Assembly: GCA_050613775.1 (NCBI GenBank)
Contig: JBODTK010000014.1
Span: 124,001 to 188,000, forward strand
Source: Neocallimastix sp. 'constans'
Lineage: Eukaryota
DNA: 64,000 nucleotides
Direction of reading: 5' to 3'
The translations under genes were made by a program, and so were the position numbers. The notes beneath the pieces were generated by a model that saw nothing but the letters and a program-made list of their open reading frames with translations, ran no database searches and was not told the DNA's origin. Positions 44,790 to 56,830 of this stretch are shown piece after piece (within the stretch, counting starts at the first letter, position 1; the number at the start of each line of letters is the position of its first letter).

Positions 44790-46050
44790 AAAGTAGATTG
44801 AGCTTTCTCAGAGGTTTTTTTTATTTGATCGTAGTAAAGATGCATATTAAAGAACTAAACTAATAGCAAAGGAAATTTAAATACTAGTTCCTATTGTTTA
44901 AAAATATAAAAAAAAAAAGTTAACTGTATTATTTAATTTATTTTTCATCTTAGCAATAATAACCTCTAAATTCAATGATTCATTGAAATATGTATATAGT
45001 TTATTGCTTGGTAGATGGTTCATTCCAAGATTAAATGTATGATTTTCATAATGTCTTGAAGGTATAAAATTCTTTGGTCTAACAACAAGTATGGTGTATA
45101 TACTGATTCCAAAGGTCATTTCATTTTTAATACCACAATCATGAGCTTTATTTAAAAAGTTTTTAAGAGAGGATTTGGTAGAGTCCATCAAAATAATATT
45201 ATCTACAAATAGTCTACCACAACCCTTTTTCCTTTCAGTACAAATTATCACTATATCTCTTTACATTTATCAAATATGATATTGATAAATATATAAAAGT
45301 AGACTTTCAAAAATATTTCCAATACACTCTTGACGAACACTACTATGTATTGGAAACTTTTTTGAAAATTTACCAGTTAAAATTTGCAATGAACTTTCGA
45401 AGTAACATATAGAATAGTAATGAGCTGAAGGCATTTATTCCAATATTATTAAGTTTTGAATATACATTATAAATTGGAACTGAATCATAAGCTTTTTTTT
45501 TTTTTTTTTGAAGTCAAGAAAAGCAATAAAGGTAAATTGAACGTTAAATTTTTTTCTTTGTCAAAATTTAATGAATTCAAACAAAATAAACCAATATATT
45601 CTTTTTTATTTTATTATTATTATTATTATTAATAAAATATCAACACATAAGTTCATACTGTTATTATTTGACAATTCCATGCAATAAAAACATAATACGA
45701 AATTTTTTTTATTTATAATATTTGACAGATTCTTTAATCTTATATTTATAAGTGAAATATCACAATAATTATTATAATCTTAAGGATCCCCATTTTTTTT
45801 AAGTAATGGAAACAATAGATACAGAATTCTATTTATTAGAGAATTCTCCATTCCAAATTTTATAAAATAATAAAAATAGGCATTTTTTGCACATTCGGAA
45901 TAAGTAATTTCGATCTTTTTGAGGTACTAGAACATTAGTATTTTAAGTACACAGGTAACTGGTAAAAAGAATAAGAAGGTTTAGATATTTTCTTAATTTC
46001 ATACCAATAATCACCTTGGGTGTCATTTTTTAAATAAAATTCACCAAGTA
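44790..46050 (-). pseudogene. Degenerate non-LTR (LINE) retrotransposon reverse transcriptase
   Basis: Minus-strand fragments: KNGDP*DYNNYCDISLIN (NYRxISL), FIAFLDFKK..AYDSVP, VRQEC (GVRQG), LFVDNIIL (YADD-equivalent LFADD), NEMTFGI and YTYF. Confidence 0.85.
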
Positions 46051-46312
46051 GAAATTAATCAAAATTTTAAATCTAATCATCCTAATATTTCTCTTAATAC
46101 TAATGATATAATCATATATAATCTTGTATTTTTGGGGAGATTACAGAACTTGTTCATGATTTTACTATTGAAATTTTTATATATTTTAAATATAAATTAT
46201 AATTTTCAATTATTTATAAATATAATATTAATATTTTATTGAAATTCAATTTATTCAATTGTGTTATAATATATTTTTTTGTAATCTATGATTTAAAATT
46301 ATCATTTATTTC

Positions 46313-46365
<53 letters not shown>

Positions 46366-46851
46366 TGATAGTAAAAACAATAATAAATAAAAATAAATGA
46401 TGATGATGTATGCATAAATATTATTTTTATACTGATAAGGTTCAGTTAAGAAATTAACATTAGTCATTTAAAGAGAGGTTTTAAGTATAGATCTTTTTAT
46501 TTATTTATTGTATATTTATGAATTATTTAGTTCCCTGAGCAAATGAACTATTTTTGTACTATTTATAATTTATCTTAATTATAAATTTTATATTATTATA
46601 AGATATGATGTTTACTATGAAATATATAAATTATATTAAGGACTAAACGTCAGGTGTTATAACAATATTCTCTAATAAAATTCTTATTCTTAATAAATGT
46701 TATAAAATTACTATTTTTCTATATGAACTATAATAAAATAGTTCCTAAACTCTAATTAATATAATTTTCCCTATTTACTATTTATCCATTTGTTTTACAT
46801 TAATTCCTTACATTTTGTATACATTAATTTCCTTTAATACATAGTTATTAT

Positions 46852-47997
46852 GAGTGTGTGTCATTTCGCAAAAATTCATTTCGGAAAAGTTTCATTTCGC
46901 AAAATTTTAATAAATAGATAAATAAATAATAAAATAAATAAATAAATAAATAATAAAAAAATAAAAAAAAAAAGAATTATAAAATATAAAATAAAAAATA
47001 AAGAATAAAAAAAAAAAAAAAATAAAAAATATAAAATATAAAATATAAAATATAAAATATAAAAAAAAAATATAAAATATAAAATATAAAAATATAAAAT
47101 ATAAAAATATAAAATAAAAAAAAAAATATAAAGTATAAAATATAAAAATATAAAATAAAAAAAAAAATATAAAGTATAAAATAAAAAAAAAATATAAAAT
47201 ATAAAATAAAAAAAAAATATAAAATATAAAATAAAAATAAAAATATAAAATAAAAATAAAAATATAAAATAAAAAATATAAAATATAAAATATAAAATAT
47301 AAAATATAAAATATAAAATATAAAATATAAAATATATAATATAAAATAAAAAAATAGATACCACCTAAAATCATCCTAATTTTGTGCTACTTTTAACTCC
47401 CTTTTTTATGATGTCCTCATCTTTTTTTTTTTTTTTTTTTTTTTAACTGAATTATTTATAAATATTTCTTTTATTAAAAAAATTTATTAGCAATTTAAGA
47501 TTTTTAAAATACTGCGCAAGGACTTAAAAGGTGTAAAATGATCAATTAATTATTTAAATATTATTTTTTAATATTTTTTTTAATAATTATATTTTAAATT
47601 TAACAATTATATTTTAAATTATTATCCTTTACATCTTTTAAATTATTAATACTTATTTTTTATATAAATATAAAATTCTTATATATATTTTAAAAAATTA
47701 TAAAACGTTTAAAACATATGATAAAATATTTTATTTTTTTAAAGCGTTAATTCTAATGAATATTTATTATTATATAATATTTAATATATGTCCATATATA
47801 TATGTATATTTTTTTTTAAAAATTTAATTTTAAAATTTATTTATTTATTATAGTTTTATATATTTATTTTTATTTATATAGTTTTTTATTTAAATTATAT
47901 ATATTATTTATTTATTTTATTATTAATTTATTTATTTATTAAAAATTTTGCGAAATGAAACTTTCTGAAATAAAATTTTGCGAAATGCTCCTCCCCC
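46852..47997. mobile_element. Non-autonomous TIR DNA element (MITE/Mutator-like)
   Basis: ~60-bp terminal inverted repeats built from repeated CATTTCG(C/G)AAAA: 46862 CATTTCGCAAAAATTCATTTCGGAAAAGTTTCATTTCGCAAAATTTTAATAAATA vs 47933 TATTTATTAAAAATTTTGCGAAATGAAACTTTCTGAAATAAAATTTTGCGAAATG. The interior is AT-rich and non-coding. Confidence 0.8.
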
Positions 47998-48769
47998 GTT
48001 AAAATTGAAATAATTTATAAATTTCTTTTTATTATTTTTATATTATTTTTATATTGATATTTTATATTTTATTATAATATTTTATTTTAATATTTTATAT
48101 TTTATTAATTATAATAAATTTCTAATATTTTTATTATTATTTTATGAATATTTTATTTTAATATTTTATATTATTATTTTATACTTTATATAAAGTACTT
48201 TAAATACTTAATAGTTATTCTAAAAGAATTAATTAATTAAATAGTTTATTATGAATTACAAATATAAAAACAAGAATAATTCTTTATAATTATTCTTTGC
48301 ACAGTTTTTTGCCAATTTATTTTATAATTACTTTTATATTTACGAGATAATAATTAAATACATGTATTGAATAATTTTACAATAATTTTTAAATAATAAA
48401 TAAATAAAAATTAATAATTAAACACTTCAAAAATAAAACTTCTCCCAACAAGAGAACCTGAACCTAGGCGTACTTTATCACATAATTTTTAGTATTTTTC
48501 ATTCTTATATATTTTATATTTTATTTTTTAAAATTTATTTAATATATATTTTAAAAATTTATTAATAATGATAATATTTGGTGCTGTTTAATAAATAAAA
48601 AATAAAATAAAATAAAAAATAAAAAATATAGTCAATTCTATATATTTACTGATATAAAATGAAATATTCAAACCTTTAATTAATATAAAATTAGTTTTTA
48701 TTATTCAATCATAAATTAATGTCATAAATCTATTTTAAATCTAATGATTTTATAACAATTTCAATATGT

Positions 48770-49253
48770 GGCTTGATTTCTATATATTAATTATATTTAT
48801 AATTAATAATAAATTTTATAGCATAAAATCAATGTTTTAATTATATTCTTATTATTTTATATTTATTTGGCTTGATTTCTATATATTAATTATATTTATA
48901 ATTAATAATAAATTTTATAGCATAAAATCAATGTTCTTATTATTTTATATTTATTTGGCTTGATTTCTATATATTAATTATATTTATAATTAATAATAAA
49001 TTTTATAGCATAAATCAATGTTTTAATTATATTCTTATTATTTTATATTTATTTATATACAATTATTAAATATTTCCTTAAATAATAATTATTAATAGTT
49101 TATTTTAATCACAAGAACAATTAATTAAATGAATTAAGTTAATTATATTCTTATTATTTTATATTTATTTATATACAATTATTAAATATTTCCTTAAATA
49201 ATAATTATTAATAGTTTATTTTAATCACAAGAACAATTAATTAAATGAATTAA
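48770..49253. repeat. Nested tandem duplications (~90-100 bp x3, then ~115 bp x2)
   Basis: GGCTTGATTTCTATATATTAATTATATTTATAA occurs at ~48770, 48869 and 48957. CACAAGAACAATTAATTAAATGAATTAAG occurs twice. Confidence 0.85.
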
Positions 49254-49259
49254 GAGAAG

Positions 49260-49368
49260 TGTTAAGTTATGTTGTGCTGTGTTTAGTAATGTTTAGTTAG
49301 TTTGTAATTAAAAGTATAAGAAGGTTGTTAAATAGCCTTTTTTAAATATATGTAGTTTTTAAATAAAA

Positions 49369-49417
<49 letters not shown>

Positions 49418-49450
49418 AAACTAATAAATTTAATAAATAAATCCTCAACA
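49260..49450 (+). mobile_element. Possible solo LTR
   Basis: It begins TGTTAAG and ends CTCAACA (near-inverted TG...CA termini), with an internal TATAAGAAG and AATAAA. Flanks are GAAG/AAAG. Confidence 0.35.
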
Positions 49451-49941
49451 AAAGTACATCGAACTTTTGAGTTACATATCAATAGAAGAAATTAAAAACA
49501 TTTTATAAAATTTAGCCAAATTATAGAAATTAAAACTTTAATACATATGATTTAATGAGTATTTTATTAACAAAACTTTAAATAATATAGTATTTTATTT
49601 TACTACTAAAGTTTCAAATGAGGTTAATTAAATCTATAGATTTAAAATATTACAATTATAAATTTTAATTGTATATAAAATATAAAAATAAAAAGAAAAA
49701 TAAATAAAATAATAAAAAAAAAAAAAAAAAAAAAAAAACTATATATATATCTAAATATCCTTTTTCCTTTTTTTTTTTTTTTTTTTATTTATTTTATTTT
49801 ATTTTCTATTCAAAATACATCTTACTATAGTAATTAAAACAAAGTGCATTAAATAACTTTGAAAATAATTTATATGAAAAATTAAATACCAAATCATTAT
49901 ATACAAATATAACGATATATAATTTTTGTCAAGATTTCAAG

Positions 49942-50112
49942 ATGAAAGATATAAAATATTATACTGTTTTAATTTTTGCCTTATTAATATTTATTTTTGG
50001 GAGCATAAAAGGTTATCTTGGTTTTGAAAGAGCTATGAATGTTATATATGCAATATTAATTTCTATACCAATATATCTATTAGCTGTGCTTATTGATGAA
50101 AAAACAAAATAA
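49942..50112 (+). CDS. Small two-TM membrane peptide or terminal exon of an unresolved gene (56 aa from ATG)
   Basis: MKDIKYYTVLIFALLIFIFGSIKGYLGFERAMNVIYAILISIPIYLLAVLIDEKTK*. The frame is open upstream to ~49834, and the sequence is more complex than its flanks. Confidence 0.4.
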   Translation: MKDIKYYTVLIFALLIFIFGSIKGYLGFERAMNVIYAILISIPIYLLAVLIDEKTK

Positions 50113-50339
50113 ATATTATATTTTAATATATAAAAAATATAAAATAATAAATTTTGTTTAACTATGATAATATTAATAAAAAATGATAATTCGTTAAAAA
50201 TTATATAAATTTAAAAATAAAATTTATATATGAAAAAACAAAAAAATAATATTATTTTTCATTTTAAAAATTTAATAAATAAATATTAAAATTCGTTTAA
50301 TTTTATTAATATTAAAATATAAAAAAAAAAATAAAAATA

Positions 50340-50414
<75 letters not shown>

Positions 50415-50473
50415 TTAAAAACAAAAAAACAATATGTAAGTTAAAGTTATATATTAAAATAAGAATAAAAACA

Positions 50474-50510
<37 letters not shown>

Positions 50511-51000
50511 AATATATTGGTTTTAAAATAAATAGTAAGAAAGAAAAGAATCAGTTTAAAAAGTGGATAACAACTTGAAGATTATTTCAGTTATTTATAT
50601 GAATATAAAAATATAATATTAAATAATTAAAATAAATTTAGTTAGTTATATGAATATAAAAATATAATATTAAATAATTAAAATAAATTTAATTAGTTAT
50701 ATGGATATAAATGTAATATTAAATAAAGTAAATAAGTTAATAAATAATAAGTGATCCTATTAGAACTTTCTTCCTTATAATTAAAAGTTTATAAAAAATC
50801 TTGAAGCAGGTATTACAACTTTTTAACAAAAAATTAATCATAATATATTTTAATAAAACTTTAGTAGCCAAAAAATTATTTTGTACTTTAATGACATTTA
50901 TTAATATACGAACTTTAATTACTATTTTTTTTTAAATTAATTAATTACATATAGTATTAGAAATAAAGTTTTAATAAATTTAATATTACACAAATTAATA

Positions 51001-51770
51001 AATATGAATAATATAATAAATAAATATAATGTATGTAAATGTATAATATAAAATGTAATAAGTTAGGTACAGAGGTCTTTGTATCTTTTATTTTATAATT
51101 AATAAAATAATACATCACTTACAATAGATTAAGAGTCTCAATGACTCTAAGGAATTAAAGCAAAGAAAAATAAAAAAAAAATAATTATAATAATAATAAA
51201 ATAAAAAAAAAATTTTTTTTTTTTATTTCAATAATTTTTAAAAGAAAAAAAATTAAAGGAATAAAGAATAAGGATGTCTGGTAAAGAAAATTTACAAACA
51301 AGAAATTTACTTGAAGGATGCGAAAACTTCAGAATATGGAAAAAGGAACTTTTCGTGTTATTAGCAAGTGAACCTATAGTAGAGCAAGTGAACCCTTTGA
51401 ATTGGTTCACATGGATACAGTTTCTATTAATAATAGCTCCCTTTACGGTAAATAAATATTTTGTTTCTATTCCTGATGATTATAATAGGTTTGGTTGGGT
51501 TCTTTTAATTAAATCTAAAGACCAAGTGTTTGATGCATTTCTCTCTTGGGATAATAATATAAAAAATATATATTTTAATACGTCCATTAAATATTTAAGT
51601 ATAGATAATGGTATCGAGTTTACTAATAGAAAAATTATATATTTCTGTAAATGAGAATGGTATTTTTCATGACTTTTCTGTACCTTATGAACCTCAAATA
51701 AAACGGCCGTATAAAACGTTTTCATGGTTCTTTACTTCCAAACGCTAGAGCTATGATGGGAGAATAAAAT
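51001..51770 (+). mobile_element. Internally deleted Ty1/copia LTR retrotransposon remnant (LTR end, PBS, gag start fused to integrase core)
   Basis: Gag-like LLEGCENFRIWKKEL is followed by the rve core across frameshifts: LELVHMDTV, YFVSIPDDYNRFGWV..IKSKDQV, SIDNGIEF, PYEPQ.NG and LLPNARAM. Confidence 0.85.
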
Positions 51771-52509
51771 GTTGAGTGTTCTGCTGAAACAATCTTTATT
51801 TTTATATTTACTTAAGTTTTTTTTTTTTTTTATCAAATTTGGATCCTCATTTGATTCTACCTATCCAAAAATAATTATTAATAACAAAATTTACTAGAAA
51901 TTTTCTCATTTTTCTATGGAACAAAAAAAAAGGGTCATTAGTGAAACTTTATGATTTTAAATTAAACATTGGAAAAAAGAGGATCATTCGAATATCCAAT
52001 GAGTAAATGATTAATCACTTTTATTAAGACAAAGAAATATTTTGAACAATTTTCTGTAACTTTACCACTTCTGATAGTAATAATGAAATATTATATCCAC
52101 ATTTTAAACAAATAATCCAATTTAAACATTAAAATAAAATTAATGTATTTGTAGCTTAAATTGAATAAATTTCTGAAATGAATGAACTTAAACTTGTCAA
52201 AATTTTTCTTTATTTATATTTTGTTTTGTTATATTAAAAGAAACTTACAGACATATATATATATATATATTTTTTTTTTTTTCTTAAATCCAAAGTATTT
52301 TGGTCTTATAATTTCATGAAATAAAGTATAATTTAGAATATTTTTTTTGAGAGATTCATTAATTCAACAATATTTGAGTGGAATACTATTATTGCTATTA
52401 TAGTTTGAAGGATTTCTTTTTTTTTTTAATAATAAAAAATAAATAAATGTAAAGTTTCATTCACCATTACTATCAGAATTTTTATTGAAAATCATTGAAA
52501 GATATAAGA

Positions 52510-52513
<4 letters not shown>

Positions 52514-52548
<35 letters not shown>

Positions 52549-53073
52549 GATTAGGAATAAACTTTATTTAATAATAGTTATTAAAAAAATAGATGAAAAT
52601 AAAATATAAATGAAATTTTTTTTTTACATTAAAAAAAAAAAATAAATATATTTATATATATATTTATTTGTATTAATTATATTAATTATATATATATAAT
52701 TAAGATATACTTTATTATCTTAATAATAATAATAAAGACATACTTATATTTTTTTTTTAAAGTATAAAGAATATCTTAAATTTATTGTTAAATAATTTAC
52801 AGTAATCATTTATTATTAATTATTTATTATTATTAATACTATCATTAAATTGATAAAGATCTCCAATAATTAAACTTTTTTTTTTTTTTTTTTTTTTTTC
52901 TAATTTTTCATTATTTTTTTATAAAATTATAAAATAATTCAGAAGATTGAATTGTAAGATAAGAAGATTTGAATATTGAAGACCTTAATAAGTCCAAACC
53001 TTCCATGCTGAATATTATTATTTAAGAAAGTATCTTCCCATATTATAAATTAATACTTAAATCTAATTATCAA

Positions 53074-53133
<60 letters not shown>

Positions 53134-54470
53134 CTTAAAATTTCTTTAATATACTACAAAAGATTTCTATATTCTTTTTCAGTATTAAAAATTCTTTGAT
53201 ATTAGAAATATCTTTTTTTTTAATTCTGTCATAATAATTTCTTAATATAAATAGGAAAATTGATACTTGAAGATCTATTCACTACATTATTAGTTACTAT
53301 ACTATTATTTTCACTATCTCTAATATTAATATTTCTATCTCTCTCTATCATTAATCCTACTATTACAATATTATTTCTATTGTTATTATTATTAATATTA
53401 TAAACTTCGTTACTACTATCAGAATCTGCACTTGATTCTACATTATTAATATCTATGACAATAATGTTTACATTACCATTTAATATTGGATAATATTTGG
53501 AAATTATAAAAAAAAATTTTCATAAAGAATTTCAATATCCTTAAAAATATTTCATTCGAAATTCACTGGAAAAGATAGCATTCCTATCGAGGATTACTAT
53601 TTTCTCTATAGCAACAAGGACATCATTCTGGATAATCGTCATCAATTATATTGATGGCTTTGACAACACGAATATCGAATTTACATCCTCATCTGGCACG
53701 AAGTACCCATCGGAAGCCAATGTTATATTAAGGATACTTACTTAAAGTTGAGCTTTCGGTAGTCTCTAGTTTTCTCAAATTTATTTTTCTTATAAGCCAT
53801 GTAGCCTTGATTGATTTTCCTGCCTGCTATATCTCTATCCCAGTAAAAGTTTATAAATGCTTTTTTTTTTTTTTTTTTTTTTTTATTTTTATTTTTTTGA
53901 AAATTTATCTAATTTGTCTGCTAAAATTTTTTTTAACTTTCTTTATCCTATACATGACATCCCTAAACGTGATATATCTTTAAGTAAATCGGAGATAATA
54001 CAATTGGAATTTTTACATTTTTTTTTTTTAAAAAAACACTTTACCTGAACAATCGCACATTTTGCCAAAAGAGGGAATATTAAGTTCTTTAGAAACACAA
54101 TAAAGGGATGTAAAGCTATACCCATTAGAAAATCCTTCAATCCAGTATAATCCTGAATTAACTAGTATCTGTGTACTTCTCGTTCTTTCTTTATTAGATC
54201 CAAGTAGAGGATGAATAATATTAATTTTGTCTAATTACTATAGCTGAAAATAACATTCTTTTATAAGGGATAGGAATATGAGGATTTTTAAGAAATCTTC
54301 TAATGGAAAGAAGTGTTTTTTCTAATTTTTATGATTCATTTTCTATATAAATCATTTGAAAACAGTACACCTAAGTAGGTATAGCAATTCGTTCTAGGTT
54401 AAACTTTCGACTTGAAAGATAAAAGGTAGGGGTTACTATTATTAAGAAATATTTTTATCTCTTTTTTCCA
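52514..54470 (-). mobile_element. Degenerate LINE (3' part: end of RT, Cys-rich C-terminus, poly(A) tail)
   Basis: Minus-strand fragments: PRTNCYTYLGVLFSNDL, KCAIVQVKCF..NSNCIISDL and GFRWVLRAR*GCKFD...CPCC. A plus-strand poly-T at 52514-52547 has a 3' end similar to that at 55243. Confidence 0.75.
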
Positions 54471-55218
54471 ATTCTGTTTTTTTTTTTTTTTTAAATACTT
54501 GTAGAGTTAATATTTAGGTAAGATAAACGTCTTTTGTAGAATTGCAATTGTTAATAAAATTTTTTATACCTTTTGAATTTTTGATTTTCTCTTCGATTAA
54601 TAAAGCTTTTGATTAATGTAATAATTTTCTATAAAATAATCATATATAAACTAAAGTGTAAATATAAATAAAATATTAGTAGTGAAAGGCAATAAAATGA
54701 TTCCCATCGGTTTAATAAAGTCTTAGACACGAGCTTTGGAGTGAATCAATCTCCTACATTTCCATATTACAATAGCTACATGAGAGATCAAATAATACTA
54801 TAGAAAGAAAATACATATACAAAATAATGCTAAAGTAAAAAATATAATAGATTCATATCAAAGAAACTCCATGATATTATTAATTATACAACTTCAATGT
54901 TACTACATATCCAGTTTAAAACAGTATAAAACATCAGGTTCACTTTCTATAGTCTTCCTCTATTTTCCTAATTTTCTCTCTTTGTATTAGAAGACACTTA
55001 AGAAAGGATAGCCATTGGTTATCACCAGAATCACAGAAAGCTATAATAAGTACACCTGATATAGACTATTCCTTTTCCATCAACCCTCCATGAACCTGGA
55101 AAAACAGTCCACATCATTGGGAACTCTAGAAAGGATAACCATAGATTATCAATAGAGTTTCATAAAACTATAATTAGAACATCTATCATTAATAAAAGAG
55201 AACTTTTCCACTCTTATG

Positions 55219-56080
55219 TTTTTTTTTTTTTTTTTTTTTTTTAGACTAAGAGAATAACTTTATTTAATTTATAATAATAATAATAATAAAATTACATGAT
55301 TTTAAAGGAAAAAAAATAATAAAATACATGAAATAAAATAAAATATTATATATTGTAAAATTATAAAAGTGCGTTAGAAGCAATAGTCTCTAACTTTTCC
55401 CATTCCTCGATAATAATACCACGTCCATTATTGCGAGTAATAATTTCAGTATTAGTGTTATCAATCGAATCTGTATCTGTCATTTCACCGGGAGGTGAAA
55501 ATCCATGCCTTATCATTTCGACGTCGACGCTCTCGGCAACGGTAGTTTCAATGGGAATACCATTTCATCATCAATCTAAAAGATCGACAAATTAATGGTA
55601 TTACATTTGTTAGAAACTCCGCAATCCCCACAAAATACGAAATAGATGACGAAGTTGAATTTTGTTTTAAAAATATTGTCAACTAATTGTCTTTGTTCCC
55701 TATCATTAACTTTAATTTTTGAATATATATTTAATGCCCGCCAAGAAGAGCACACAATATATAATAATAAATATTACTATCATAATCCTTTTCTGAATCT
55801 ATAGAAACATCCAAGGATTATTGTTCAATTATCATTGCAAACTTCAAAAAGAGATCATCTAGAAAAGGTAAAGATTTATTTCTGTAATTTTCCAAATCTT
55901 TACAGGCAAAGATCCAGTGAGAAAAGCTGGGTACATTAACACCACAACAAAGGAAACATTTAGGGCAATCTTCTGAGACGATTTTTCTTTTAATGGAGTA
56001 ACATTCTAAAATATCGTCATATTTTACACATTTATATTATTTGATTTTTTTATACAGTGTTCTAGATTCTTTAGTCCAGG
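55219..56080 (-). mobile_element. 5'-truncated LINE with poly(A) tail and ~40-bp flanking direct repeat
   Basis: Minus-strand Zn-knuckle DCPKCFLCCG...FSHWIFAC. Poly-T at 55219-55242. Direct repeats at 55179-55218 and 56081-56121. Confidence 0.75.
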
Positions 56081-56567
56081 ACATCTATCATTAATAAAAG
56101 AGAATTTTTCCACTCTTAATGTTTAACATAAAGAAAAATTAAAATAATAAAAAAGATATTTTCAAAAAAAAAAACTATTTCTTTTTAAAACTTTAAAATT
56201 TATTTATTTATATCATTTATAAAACTATATAATAATACAAATAACACAAATACTTCTTTTTAAAAATATTTTTCAACTTTTATATATTTATAAATTTATC
56301 TTAAATTAATTATTTTATTAATTAATAATATATTTTTATTTAAAAGTTATAAATTTAAAAAAATTTTTTTATACTTTTTAAAAAAAAGTATTATTTTATA
56401 AAAAAATATTAGATATAAATAAATATAAATAGATTTAAACAGTTAATAATTAATTGGATAAATAATCAATGATAATTATGTATTATAAAAAAAAATTAAA
56501 AAGGATATTCTTTAATAATAAATTATTATAATTATTACTAATAATACATAATAATTATTTTTATTTA

Positions 56568-56603
<36 letters not shown>

Positions 56604-56830
56604 TTCTTAAATTAATGATTAATTTCATAATTTGGATTAAGAAAAAAAAAAAAAAAAAAAAACTTTGTTTTTTTTTAAATATAGAAATAATTGTTAAATA
56701 AATTATTAATTATTTTTTAGATAAACTAAATTATAATATTTATTATTAATAAATTTTATTTTAAACGTCATATATATATATTTATATATATTTATATATA
56801 AATATTTTATTTTTTTTTATTTTATTAATC

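Noticed and set aside
46876..47374. F/Y/I/L-rich ORFs (also 2670-2960, 13919-14116, 20155-20352, 22066-22293, 26076-26360, 28453-28671, 34077-34292, 41635-41922)
   Set aside because: These are translations of low-complexity AT repeats.
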